Of a stretch of 64,000 bases of DNA, positions 27,701 to 43,260 are shown in pieces. The notes under the pieces were generated by a model. That model saw only the letters and a program-made list of their open reading frames with translations, was not told the origin of the DNA and did no database searches. This stretch comes from the human T2T-CHM13v2.0 reference genome, Homo sapiens. Positions within the stretch are counted from its first letter, which is position 1. The number at the start of each line of letters is the position of its first letter. The position numbers and the translations under genes were made by a program. The stretch covers positions 21,792,001 to 21,856,000 of the forward strand of contig CP068257.2 of NCBI GenBank assembly GCA_009914755.4, written 5' to 3'.

Positions 27701-29250
27701 TTTTATTTCCCTAGAACTCCCTTTAGCCAAGTTTCAGCATATGGGATTGTGGCAAATCTTTTTAGCTTTCGATCACAGGAGACTATCTTTAATCATAATT
27801 CCTGAATATTATTCTTTTTGGATATAGTATTTCATGTTGATAACACTTTATTTCAGTACTGAAAAATGTTATGTCAGTTCATTCTTGCTTCCATGGTTTC
27901 TAATGAGAAACGTGTTGTTTTTCAAGTTGTTTTTCTCCTATAAGTAGTTTTCTTTCACTAAGCCTGCATCAAGATGATTCTCTTGTTTTTAGAAAGAAGT
28001 TTGCCAGCAAAATATCTCTGCATGATTTTCTTTGTGTTTATCTTGTTTAGAATTGCTCAAGTTCTTACATCCATGTTTGTGTCTTTGCCAAAGTGGAGAA
28101 ATATTTAGCTTATTATCTTCAAACATTTTTCTTCAGTCACCCATTTGTTCTCTTCTTTTTCTAGAACTCTAATAAAACATATGTTTGATGTTCTACTAAT
28201 GTCTAACTCATAAAGCTTAGCTGCACAGTTTTAGTTTTGTCTGTTTTCCCTCTGTTGGTTAGATTAGATATTTTTTATTGATCTATGTTTGATTCACTGA
28301 GTCTTTCCTCTTTTATTTCCAGTTTGTTGCTGAGCCTCTCCAGTAAGTTTTACAAATTTATTATTATTATTTCTAGTTCTCAAATTATTCTTTGGTTTCT
28401 CTTTATATCTTTTTTGTACCTCAGATACTTCTGCTGAGATTTTCTTTTTTTTACCTGTTTCAAGAGTGTTTAAAAATGCTTTCTAGAACATGGTTATGCC
28501 AGCTGCTTCAGAATCCTTTTTCTCTGTCTTTCTATGTCTTTCATCTCTGTTCTTATTCAAATTACTATTATTTTAGTTTTTGTAGGAAAAAAATTTTTTT
28601 GCATATTTCTTGGATGTTTTGAGTATTAGGTTTTAAGTCTCAATTTCTTATTTAAATCCTCTCTTTCAGTATTGTCAACCTGTTAAGGAAGTTGTTCTTT
28701 ACATTTCAGTTAAGTTTATAAAACCTTGTGAGTCACTCAGATGACAAAGTTCCACCCTATAGTCTCTTCAGCCCTGGCTTGAAGTTGGCAGGAGCAGCCA
28801 CCTTGTTATTACATGGTAAGGAAGAGCAGGACAGGGTTTTCCTCACTGACTTAGTTTGAGTGTGGTGCCTTTGTCATTATTGTAGGAGGTTTTTAGTCAG
28901 CGATTTTTGAATCTGTAAGATGATAGAAAAAACTCTATTATTTATTTCACTATATATATATTTTTTTCCACACATCCTTTTTTCTCTCCAATGCAAACTC
29001 CAGTTACATGTATAGTAGTGCTCTTGATATTTCCCTTTGGTCATTGAAACTCCGTTTACTTGTATCTATTTTTATCTTTTTTTCTGAGATTGGATAATTT
29101 CAATGAAAGCTTAAATAATAATTTCTTCCCAACTATCTAATGTTCCTAGAATGTGCTGAAATTTCTGTAAATAGATTTATGTTGATATCTAATATCTAGT
29201 TGAATTTTAAACAATTCAACTCATTCAAATGAATTCCTATAAAAGACTTT
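24780..29250 (-). mobile_element. Old L1 (L1M-class) body on the minus strand, about 4.5 kb, degenerate
   Basis: The plus strand reads as L1 antisense throughout. Examples: GGGAAGAGAATATAGAGAATTGGTATTACTTCTTTCTTAAATGCTTGGTTGAATTTATTAGTAAG, TTTGATCAATCTTTTAGATGTTTTTAATGAACAGTTTTTGGTTTAGTTTATTTTCTATATAATTTTC, TTGCCAGATATTAAAATAGCCACTCCAGATGTCTTTTGATTAG and GTGAACTGACAGAGAGGTTTTGAAGCTTC. A MaLR LTR is nested at 25539-25899. Confidence 0.5.
25539..25899 (-). mobile_element. MaLR solo LTR (THE1/MST-like) nested in the antisense L1, with a 5-bp TSD
   Basis: The reverse complement of the LTR 3' end is TGTATTAGTCTGTTATTATACTGCTACAGAAAAATAACTGAGGCTGGGTAATTTATGAAG. It continues ...CTCACAGTTCCACATGCTGTACAGGATGTATGGTTGCTGAGGCCTCAGGAGACTTACAATCGTGGCAGAAGG... 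and ends GAGATTTGGGTGGAGACATAGAGCAAAACCATATCA. The flanks TTGAT|TGTATTAG and ATATCA|TTGAT give the 5-bp TSD TTGAT expected for MaLR integration. Confidence 0.85.
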
Positions 29251-31036
29251 TTACTATAGGTGATTAATTGCATTCTCAAATTTTCTTGACTTTTATTTTA
29301 GCACTGCAGAAACAGAAAAGTGGCATGCCTGATCTCTGCCATGCGCCTAAGGTTAAACAATATAATTATACTTTAAAAAAATTACTTGAGGTCTTGGATA
29401 ATGTGCTATTTTATCTAGGCAGAATAGCAAGAGGAGTGTGAGATCTTGTGTGTAGTGATGCTGCACTGTTGTAAAGAATCATCTGTTGACTATGCAAGAC
29501 AAATATAATAATTTTAAACTTCATATATGCAACAGAATTAATTATATATAATTAAAAAACAATTTTTTAAATGTTAAGTAGTTGAATCTATATGCAAACA
29601 TAAGAGAATATTTACCTTACTCTGAGTTATAAAAATATTTTGAAATTTTGGGAAGCCTGTTGAATAATCACCAATGACAAACAGATTGAGAAGTAAAAAA
29701 CATTAACAAAGAGGTGGGTTCTGTTTTCCAGGTGAAACTTTTAGCTCCATGACAGACCAGCCTGTAGTTATCTGTGTGCACAGTTTACAGCTACAAAAAC
29801 CTACTTTGGTATTCATTACAGAAAAGTGCTGAGTTAATTGTAAGTGTTATTCCTTCAGCAAAATATTCACTGAGCTAAAACTCTTTGTGACATTTTACAA
29901 TGCATACAGCCTCATGCAAGTTTAGACAAGTGGATTTATACTATCTTATGAGTGCCCACTCCTGATATATTACCTCATTATGCAAAAATAACATATCTTT
30001 CATGACTATTTTGACAAAAGCTTAAAACACATATGAAGTTCAACTTTCAGGAACCAAGGACTGCCAGAAAATATTAGCCTCTACATTATGCATGCATTTA
30101 GAAGCTTACCTGAAATCTACCTTTTATACAGGAATAGTATGGGTAAGTGGAACTGTACATTTTTTAAACTTGATTGCCATTAAAGCAGAAATTTTAAGGC
30201 TGCAACAACAACAAAAAAAAATTACTGCATGCTTACTGAGTACAATATTTATATTTTTAGCCACGAAGAAATTTTTAAAACAGAGCCAGGGTCAAAATCA
30301 CTTCATCAGCTTGGGGTAGAATTAAGAAAAGACTTTGACTGTTATAATTCACATTTCTAAGTGTCCCATGAGTTTTATTAGTAAGATTTAGCAGGTGCGA
30401 AGCAGCTACCTTGGCCCTGTGCTCTCTGAAATCACCTTACCATAGTCTGAAACCATTCTACCATAGCTGTTCAAGAGAGAAGACTTTTAGAAATAGGAGC
30501 AATATTATAGGTCAAGTTGCAGAAAATATTAACATATTAGCTGATCTAGTGCCCAGTACCATTATGACAGCTATGCCTGCATAATATTAGCTACATATCC
30601 TAAGTAATTAAATTTCACATGGAATATATCAATGTTGTAAAAACTCAATGTTGTAAAGTATTTAATGTGTAGTAGAGAGGTGAAATATATGACAAATATA
30701 TGAGATAAATTTACCTTCAAACATCTTTGGTAAACAAAAAAAAAAGTCTTTTAACTTTTTCTTATTGTTGCTTCTCTTGTTTTTGCTATTGGTGTATTTT
30801 TTTCCTCCAATTTCTGAGGTATAAAAGCCAATAAATACTCTGTAAAGCAACAAATTCTGTTATAGTTCCTACAGAACCGATGCTCACGTGTCTTCACAGT
30901 GAACTTCTCTTAGTCCTATGTATGTGTTTGAGTGGTTTGTGTGTATATGCATATGTGTATATACATCATAAACATAAATACATATATATGTTTTGATCTT
31001 GCTATTTGCTCCACTCTTTGTAGTTTTCAAACATTA

Positions 31037-31585
<549 letters not shown>

Positions 31586-33443
31586 TCATGCTGTCCAGGG
31601 AGACTTATCTTATTGATGTCCTTTATATAATACCAATGACAGATACTTTCCATTTGAGTGGATATGCCCTGTGCTATGGTTTCCATGTCCTCTCCAAAAC
31701 ACGTTAACATTTAATTTCATATGTGGCAGTAAGGAGAGGTGAGTCCTCTAAGAAGTGGTTGAATCATGAAGGCTCTGTCCTTATGAATGGATTAAGCTAT
31801 ACATGGATTAATAAATCAATGGGTTTTCATGAGAAGAAAACTAGTGCCTTTATAAGAAGAGGAAAATAGACCTAAGCTGGCATATTAATGTGCTCACCTC
31901 ATCATTGTGTGCTACCCTGTACTGTCTCTAGATTCTGAAAACAGGCCCCACCAGCAAGAAGACACCGGACACAACCCCTTCACCTTGGCCTTCTCAACCT
32001 TTGAAACCTGTAAGAAATAATTGTTTGCCTTTATAAATTACCTAGTTTCAGGTGTTCTATTCTAAGCAGCAGAAAATGGGGCTAATACACTCCTAAAATG
32101 TATTTTTAATAGAATGCAAATTTGTTTTCTTTGTCTATAAAAGACAGTTATTTTAGCGGGTTTCTGCCAAATTGCATTTCTAAAGAGGATAATTTCTTGC
32201 AATAAAAGGAGCTGTTTCTTCTTCATACTTAGAATTCCACTGAATTAATAGGAACTTTGAAGATTTGTGGGTCTTGCATTTCTTTTCTGTACTAAATACT
32301 CACTTGTGATGCTTGTTGTTTCAGAAATCCTTTCTCCCTGCGGCTGAAGAAAAAAGTGTGCAGCTGCCTGATAACCTAATAATAAAGGATATCAGAGTCC
32401 TCTCTCCCCAATGAACAAACAAAAACATATTTACACATTCCAAAATCAATACAAAAGAAGTAATTTTGCTAAAGTCTAACAAAATACATTTCATTATAAC
32501 TATATATACACCTAAAATACACATTTGACCTAAACTTTGCTACTCTGAGGTCTAGCCATGGGTACGCAAGTCTAGAATTTAGATTGTTTTTGTTCGTTTG
32601 GGCCTTATTTATATAAATGAATACGTTCATCCTGGAAACAACCTATTTCGATAGAAAACAGATGGATACTGACATTTTGACAAAGGTTAATGTAATGGCA
32701 TTGCAGAAGAGGTTTATGTTTTTGTTTTTAAAATATAATGTCTATTCTTTTTGCCTTTTAGTTTTTGTCCTAAGTGGATTCATGCCTCAGTCATAGTAAA
32801 AATTTAAGTTAAAAAGTTTAAAACTTTTTTTAGCATGAAAAAAAACAACTTAAAACAATGTTTCAACAAAAATTGCAAGTTTCAGGGTACAATTGACAAG
32901 CACTCTTGTAAGGGGACTTTGGTGGAATGGGGGACACTCACCATGTCAGTATTTTTCGGGCTTCTGAAGAAAGTGCCTCAGCACAGACATTATCCTAGTA
33001 GTCCAGTTATCTGGGATGCTGGCATAGAAAGTGGCTCTGGCAGCATCACAGCAGAGGCAATGCCTTTGGCAAGAATCAGCATTTTAGATGTTACTTCAGC
33101 ACAAATAAAAAACTAGAAGCGACAATACAATCCAGAGTTGCCATATACAGGCCAAGAAAACTTATGACTCTGATGGCATGCATGTAGAGCATAGAACTAA
33201 GCTATGAGCAAACAAAGGTATAAGAATGATACAATGGACTTTGGGGACTTGTGGGGAAGGGCGGTAGGGAGGCGAAGGATAAAAGACTACCAATATGGTG
33301 CAGTGTATACTCCTTGGGTGATGGGTGCAACAAAACCTCACAAATCACCACTAAAGAAATTACTTGTGTAACCAAATACCACCTGTACCCCAATAACTTG
33401 TGGAAAAATTTTTAAAAAGTAAGAAAATAAAAATAAAAAAAGA

Positions 33444-33641
<198 letters not shown>

Positions 33642-34258
33642 TCAAATTATTTCAAATGGTTGTAATTGGAGCTGAAGTGACACTAAAGCCTATTTGAGTC
33701 AAACCAGCAGAATCTGTTTTTGTGCCTGATGTTCAGAGCTGTTTTAGCTATATTATAGACTGATGGCTTTCATTTTTCACTTCAAATTTCCCTGTATAGT
33801 CCACTATATTTTCTCAAGAGCTTAATAAGGACAAAAGCTAAAATGGAAGCTTATTGCTGTCAATGATTACCTGCCTGTTAATGTGTGTGTAGGTATATAT
33901 AATGCTAACAGTGCGATTTTTTCTTAACTACTATTTAAAGATGTGTCAATGGTAATTCATTTCACAGAGAGTAACACGAGCCTAAAAATAGAATAGGAAG
34001 TACCAAATTATTCTTAAAGGAAAAACTTTCGTTTGCTGTTTTGAGGTGGACTGGACAAACAAGCATTTATTGTTAAATTATTTACACTTAATTGTAATGC
34101 ATTATACATTTCAAAATTATAGGCAAATCACCAAGATATATTTCTAGATATACGTGTTAAATGAGTTTGCTCGAAAGGAGACATCATTTATAGTAAGTTT
34201 TATTATTATTATAGACAAGAACAAATGCAAGTGGAGCCTATCAAAATAAGCTACATTA

Positions 34259-34556
<298 letters not shown>

Positions 34557-34956
34557 TTAAAAGTGAGCAGTCAATAAAACTCTGAAAAAAAATACAAGCT
34601 GATGTCATAAATTCATAAATAAATATATATTTTTGAGTTTGAGCTAATATTTGAAAAGACTGCAGTATATTACTCATAACTGCTTATACTGTGTAACTGT
34701 GTGAAAATAATATAAAGGCAAGGATGTTTGACATGAGGACATTTTTATTCGAGTGATTTCTCTAGAGATTGATATTTCACAAGTATAGAACTAATATATA
34801 TTTATTTGTGATACAATTTACATTTTATATAGCAGTAATAATAAATTAAAATCTTAGCTAATACCATTTCAGCAAGGCAAGAACAATATCCATGAATCTT
34901 TTACTATTTCATAATTAAATGCCAGATCAAGAAAATCAGTGAAAAATGAGCCTTAA

Positions 34957-35225
<269 letters not shown>

Positions 35226-36554
35226 TTGCTCAAATAAGAATATTTTTCGTCAATCTATTTAATTTGTCTAAACTCATACCTTATATCTCTATGGTATTCC
35301 CAAACAACATAAGCAAATTTCAGTTTTTCATTATAATACTTTCACATGTATAATGATAAGGTAATGTCTAAATTTGAGAAAAAAGAAAATAAATTACAAT
35401 ATCACAATACTATAAAGAATAGTGTTATCTATGGATATGTTTTATATGTTTTCATGTATGTGGAGAGGTTAGTAGATATGTATAGGAGTTTACATTTTAT
35501 TGTTAATATAATCCCCTGTCTCTATAAGGCTACCTCTACCCACACCCACACCTCTAGTCTCCTTATTTCAGAGCTAGCTCATGATACAGGCCTGAGGATG
35601 GTTGTCTGATAATTTTGCATGTCCATCTTTTAAGTAGCAGGTAGCCTGGCCCTTAAACTCTCTCCAGTTTTATAGGCAGAAGCACCTGGATGCCTCAATC
35701 CTATCAGTAGGCATGGTTTTTGAGTCTAAATTATTTAATATTAAAGATTTATACTAAAGTGCAGGTCCAGGGAAGATACCAGCAGAGATGGCTTCAGATA
35801 AAATCATTTCAATTACTTATTTGGTCTTCTTATATTTACACAGAAGCCCGGCAGAACAGCTGCTTCTAAACCAGTTTCAATTACCTCTTGATCTCTCATG
35901 CTAATTCACACCTGGTTGTTAAGTGTAGTTAGCCTCTTCTATTAAAATGTAAAATTTCACATTTTGTTTAGCACGATTTGAGGATTAACAGTTGGCATTT
36001 GCAACTGCGAAATCACAGTATTGACTTAATCAGAAGTTTACATGGCAAGTACATTTTAAAAAATGTTTTTGTCAGCATTCTTGATTAAAACAATCAGGAT
36101 TTTCAAGCACTGACAGCAAGACGGTAGATACTGCATAGTGGTGAGGAGTTCTGATAAGAAAGAAATAAACTAGGTGACAAATATGAAGGAGAATGGCAGA
36201 GATAAAAATGAAACTGATAAACATAGATTGAATAGAAAGAAGTAAAAAATAATTATAGCAGAAATTCCTCTCCTTTTTAAAAAATCATGGTTTTCAGCAG
36301 AAAGGAAAGGCAGAGAAATTAAGATCACTGGAAAAGGTCGATAACCCAATTAGGAACTGCCTGTCTTTAAGGAGTTGTCTCATGCTTGGTCAGAGGAATT
36401 GGACTCCCACAGCAGACCAAAAATATGATGCTTCTTTAAATTAACTTCTATTAAAATTTTGGATCAGTTCAAGCATTTATTTAGTGAAGAAAACAAGAAT
36501 TTATGTATTTTTTCCCATAAAACACAGATAGCATTACACATAACAAATGATTAG

Positions 36555-36869
<315 letters not shown>

Positions 36870-39800
36870 AGTTAAATATGTGAAAATGTAACTTGAACCA
36901 ACAGTCCCAGAAAAGGCATATGAAAAACTTTAACAAATAATAACATAAATTACCTATGTGAACAATAGTGGATTTTTGTTTTTTACTTAGAAACTCTATA
37001 ATCCTAAACTCTTGTAAAAAATGGCTGAGTTGTTATACCTATTCGATGAGGAAAAATGTCTACAATTTTATGGGTTACATGTTAAATAGAAATAAATGTT
37101 AGTTATTATTAAACTTAATTGTCAAATTTCTTCAAACATGTATATGCTGGTGCAGCCTTTATATCACAAAAATACTCAAAAAATAAATAACTCAGATGAG
37201 TTTCCACCTGGAGGTCAGTGCCTTTTGCAGAAGTGAATCTATTCATTTCACAGTAGTTATTTAAGGAGTAAATATGAAAATCTAAGTCTGACTAATAATT
37301 AACTCAGCACAGTGAAAACTGAGTGATGTAAAGGACAGAAGTATCAGCAACATTAGATGAATCAGAAGTCAGTTTACCCTTAGTTTTATGTGTATCACTA
37401 AAAACAAATTTATTTAAGTCAGATTTAGTTGGGTTTGTAATCACCTGTAACTGAGAGATTCTCTAATATCTATTTTCCTGAAAAAGGCAAGAGGTGCTCC
37501 ATAGAGGTATGTAATTGTATAACTATGTTTCAACTATCAAAAGACCTCATGAAGCAGAAGAAAATAGTCTTACATCACGATAAGTGATCAAATGACTTAA
37601 GAGACATAAACAAAAATAACATAAGACAACCTTGATTTTAAAGGGCTGTACCTCTGAACTAAATGGAGGATATATAGTGCGCCTCTGTATTGTTTCTTAC
37701 AGCTGAATGAGAATGTACAATTTTCTCAAATATAAAGCTTAGTGTTAAGAACACTTCAAGTCCCTTAAGCATCATGTAGGTATTTGCCAAAAATAACTTC
37801 TACAAATAACTTTACTCTAAACATACAGACACCAAGTATAATGGTGTCACTCTAATTCTGATACACAAGCAAGCTCCTTGAAAGTAAATTACATACAATT
37901 TGTTTTTGATCTATACCAGACTTACATTTCCCCTTTCTTTTGGAAATCATAGTGTGAAGGACATACTACCTATCACAAGAGATAGAAGTATAATCTCAGA
38001 ATGAAAGACACTGACTAAATGAGTATAATGTGATAGAAGTAATGTTTGGCTGCTTTATACATTTTTTAAAATCTCTAGTCCAAAGTTACCTTTTTGTATG
38101 GAAAAATGACTGGAAGATTGTTTATATAAAACTTTAATTTAGAAATTAGGTTTCTATATTAATCTCAAGGAAAAAGATAGTGTGAGAAAAAATTATAATG
38201 AGGAATCTAAACTATCATACTTCCCACGTGGGACAGCAATGTAACTATGTTTTATTTTCATATTTATCAAAGAAAACACTCTCTGCGTCATTCTGAAAAT
38301 GGTGATGCTAACTAAGTACCTGCTCATTATCTTCTCAGCTGAAATTCTTGCCAAATGGGTGCTTCTTTGATAGAACTATAACAAGCTCAATTCAATTTAT
38401 TTTTATATTGAAGGTTTACACGAATTATCATAAAATATGTTTTACAGAGAATTAAGACAATGAGAAATACCTCATTGTACTGACTGCAGTATCTGACATG
38501 TACTAACAAAAGCTAGAGTTTGCAGATAAATTGGCATGTAATAAAAGAATATTGACATTTAAGATAGCTTTTTATTAAAATAATTCTTACATTTTCTGTT
38601 TGAAGAGGGCAGATTTTAAAAGGAAGTATATTTTTAATAATAATGTAAAGGAAGGAAGAATAAAGTGTAAGGACACAATATAACAAAGAACAGTTCAGTG
38701 AGAAAGAACAGTTTGCTCAAAAACCTGGGCATATTTATTTTAAATTGTGGCATAGTTCACATATAATAATCACAATTTCCAATTGTACACTTTAATGTAC
38801 TTTGATGAATAGGTACAGCTCCAGAGCTTCTTCTACAAACAAGATTCAGAATACACCTATTACCCCATAGACTTCCCACAGAGCCCTTTTCAGTCAGCTC
38901 ACCCTGAACTCACCTCCAACTCTGGCTGTTGGCTCCTGGAAAAAACTGATCTCTGTTAAGTTCATATAGTTTTGTCTTTTCACGAATGTCCTATAAGTTG
39001 AATGATACAATGTGAAGCCATTTATTTCTTCTTGCATGGGTCAAGATATTTTTGAGATTTATGCACGTATAAATAATCTGTTATTTATCTTGCTAAGTAG
39101 TATTTATTGTATGATGTAATATTCCACAGTTTGTCCAACTGCCTGGATGAAAAAGTTTTGGTTGTTTCTTATTTTTACCTATGCATAAGTTACCATTAAC
39201 ATTCAAATATAAATATCAACACTAACATATGACTTTCTGAGATAAATACCTTGGAGTGGACGGGTCTATCTAGGTCATGTGGGAAGTGTGTGTTAAGGAA
39301 ATGGTCCTTCTAGTTTTCATAGTAGTTGCACATTTTTACACTTCTATGAGCAGTAAGAATTTCAGTTTTTATTTTTCATACAACCACTAATAATTAATAA
39401 ACCAGTCTTCTTTTCATTTTTAAAAAAAAATTTCAATAGTTTTTTTGGGGAACAGATGGTTTTGATTACATGAATAATTTATTTAGTTGTAATTTCTGAG
39501 ATTTTGGTGCACCCGTCACATAAACAGTGTACGCTGTATCCAGTGTGTAGTCTTTTATACCTCACCCCCCTTCCACACTTTCCCAAGTCCCCAAAGTCCA
39601 CTGCATGATTCTTATGCCTTTGCGTCCTCATAGTTTAGCTCCCACTTATAAATGACAATATGTGATATTTGGTTTTTCATTCCTGAGTTATTTCACGTAG
39701 AACAATGGTCTCCAACTCCATCTAGGTTTCTGTGAATGCCATTATTTCATTCCTTTTTATGTATGAGTACTATTCCATGATGTATATATACCACATTTTC

Positions 39801-40196
39801 TTTATCCACTCATTGGTTGACCGGCATTTAGGCTGGTTTCATAGTTTTTCAATTGAGAATTGTGCTACTGTTGTAGTCAATATATGTCCAATGTAAACTT
39901 GTTTTAATTACCATTTGCCTAATGACAAATGATATTGAATATCATTTCACAGGCTTATTTGATATCCATAACCTTCTCTGGTGAAGTGGCATTCAAATAT
40001 TGCATATTTTTAAATTGCGTTATTTATTGTCTTTTTGCTAAATTTTGAGGTGTTTGTTGTTTTATTTAAAATCTGAATATATGCCCTGTTAAATTAAATT
40101 AAATTCGGCCTAAAGCTGCCTCCATATGTGGCAAATTGCAACCTAACTTAGTATGTAAAACAAACTGCAAGCTAACTTAAAACTATATTCTTCTGG

Positions 40197-40583
<387 letters not shown>

Positions 40584-42617
40584 TTCTAACAGATAGCTGA
40601 GTCTCCGCAAATCTTAGCAGCTGAGCTTCAGCCAATCACAGGCTGCCAACTGATACAACATGGTTCATTTAAGGAAAAAAAACTTCTTCAACACATCATA
40701 CCCAAATATAGCAAATGAGCAAGTTTAGCCAATCAAGATTTTTTGTAAGTGAATTTCTTTTTCTCTCTAGAAATACTGGCTGCCTGCATTGCTGAGTGGA
40801 GCTCTCTGAAGCTCTCCTGACGCTGAGTACTGCCTGATGTTTGCTCAGATAAACTCCGCTAAATTTAATTTTTCTGCGGTCTTTCTTTTATCAATCCATT
40901 ATCAAATACATGGTTTGCAAGGATCTTTCCCAGTTTGTGGCTTATCTTTTCATTGGCAGCCAAACTTGAGTTCATCTTTGACTACAATTTGTCACTCACA
41001 CTCTATATATAATTTGTGGGATCTAAAATATGATCATTTCTCAAGTACTTGTAAACATCTTGATTCAAAATGACATTATCTTTTACCTATTTTACATTCT
41101 ATCTGAATGCAATACTTCCATTATTGCCCTTTATAGTAAATTCTCTACATAGCAACCAGAGTGATCCATTTGAACATAAGTCAAATTATGTCATCCCTTT
41201 GCTGGAAACCATCCAATGACTTCCTATTGCAATCCTAGTGAAAACGAAAGCTTACACGCTCTGCATAATAGAAATTCCAGTTACATCCCTGATCTGACTA
41301 ACCATTATTCCCTTTGCTTATCTATTCCAGGCATGTTCTCTTTTTTTGCTATTTCACATATGCTCCTGCCATAGGGTGTTTACACTGGCTATTCCCTCTG
41401 CCAAAATATCTTTCCCTCAGATATGTTCATAGCAAACTCTTTTCTCTCCTTTGTATCTATACTTAAGTCATTTCTCAGTGTGGCTTACCTGACCGCACTA
41501 TTTGATATTGCAACCTGCAATCCCTCTGCACTTGACATTTCCAAATTCATTTACTTGGCTTTATTCTTCTACAGTACATATAACCTCCTAACCATAATAT
41601 AATCTACTAATGTAACTTTTCTGTTCACAGCCCACATGCCCTGATAAAATGCAGGCTTAAAATCAGAAAACATTTTTCATCTATTCCATATACTCATATA
41701 CCTCAAGAAACAATTACAATACCCCATTGAATGCATTTGAGTATTTGTTGTATATTAGTGAGTGAATAAGAAGATTCCTATACAATTTTATGTTTTTTAA
41801 TGGTTTTGAACATCCAGCTAACACAAAGCCTGTAGTCAATTAAAAATGATGGTTCAAAGGTTTCTTTAATGAGGTATCTGTAGCACTGAGGTTTAAATGC
41901 AATTAATTCCAGTAGTATATAACCTTTTATTTTGTTTATGGTGGCTATGGGGAATTGTTGCTAAAAGAGATACAATTATTTTTTAATCCTGTGAAGAAAA
42001 GTGTGACATCTTTATTCTATCCTACTTAATCACACAATATAAAATCATTTACTCTAGTAATTATCTATTATATCTATCTACGTATGCATAGAGAGCAATT
42101 CAAAATCTTATAGTATTGTCTCAAATATTGACAATAATATATTAAATATATTATTTATTCTGAAATATTTATGTTTTGCTACAATAAAATTATATATCAA
42201 GAAAATTTATCTATACATGAAATGTTACTGCTACATATCATAATTATTGATCAGAATTACTAACTAAAATTCTCCTCATTTTGACATATATAATTTAAAC
42301 TTAAACACTTGAACTCATTAAAATAAAATTGAGTAGATCAATAGAAACCTGCTGTTAATTTAACCAATTTGCAGTATTTAGCATCCTCAATATCTTTATA
42401 GATATGTCCTTTAAATTTTAAAATCAAGACAATCTTCCTTCAATTATGAAAGATAAACCTAGAGTCATCGTCTATGCAAACAAAATCACTATGAGTTACA
42501 TTTGTATGTTTTCTCATAAGATGGCTTATCTTTGAAAGGGGTTACCAATCTTTCTTTATTTCTTATGCATTTGATTAAGCATATGGAGGTTAATTGACTT
42601 CATTATTTATTAATAAT

Positions 42618-43000
42618 TGTGATGGCTAATATTGAAAGTCAGCTTGATTGGATTGAGGAATACAAGGTATTAATCCTCGGTGTGTCTGTGTGAGTGTTGC
42701 CAAAAGAGATTAACATTTGAGTCAGTGGGGTGGGGAAGGCAGATCCACCCTTCATCTGTTGGGCACAATCTAATCAGCTTCCAGCGAATATAAAGCAGGC
42801 AGAAAAACGTGAAAAGGAGATATGGGCCTAGGCTCCCAGCCTACAACTTTCTCATGTGCTGGATCCTTCCTGCCCTGGAATATTGGACTCCAAGTTCTTC
42901 AGTTTTGGGACTCACACTGGCTCTTCTTGCTCCTCAGCTTGCAGACAGCCTATTGTGGGACCTTGTGATCGTGTAAGTTAATAGTTAACAAGCTCCCCTG
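42618..43000 (+). mobile_element. LTR-like dispersed repeat, copy 2 (same family as 15080-15545)
   Basis: Direct read: TGTGATGGCTAATATTGAAAGTCAGCTTGATTGGATTGAGGAATACAAGGTATTAATCCTCGGTGTGTCTGTGTGAGTGTTGCCAAAAGAGATTAACATTTGAGTCAGTGGGGTGGGGAAGGCAGATCCACCCTTCATCTGTTGGGCACAATCTAATCAGCTTCCAG...CTCCAAGTTCTTCAGTTTTGGGACTCACACTGGC...CTTGTGATCGTGTAAGTTAATAG. Confidence 0.6.
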
Positions 43001-43260
43001 CATGTGTGTGTGTGTGTGTGTATTCACACACTAATAGGATATATATTCATGTATATACTAGTATATATAACTATATGTACTTATCTATATATATACTATA
43101 ATTATATATATAACTACATATGCTAGTATATATAGTTATATTTGTATTTGCAGTAGGATATATAAATAAATAAATAAATTCATATAAATATACTAGTAAA
43201 TATAGTTATATATAAGTATATGTATCCTATTTTTATATATATCCTATTACAAATACAGTA
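43000..43260. repeat. AT-rich low-complexity region with palindromic character, plus a short (GT)n
   Basis: GTGTGTGTGTGTGTGT is followed by CTAATAGGATATATATTCATGTATATACTAGTATATATAACTATATG...ATATATATCCTATTACAAATAC. The inverted motifs CTAATAGGATATATAT and ATATATATCCTATTAC bracket about 230 bp of (TA)-rich sequence. Confidence 0.7.
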
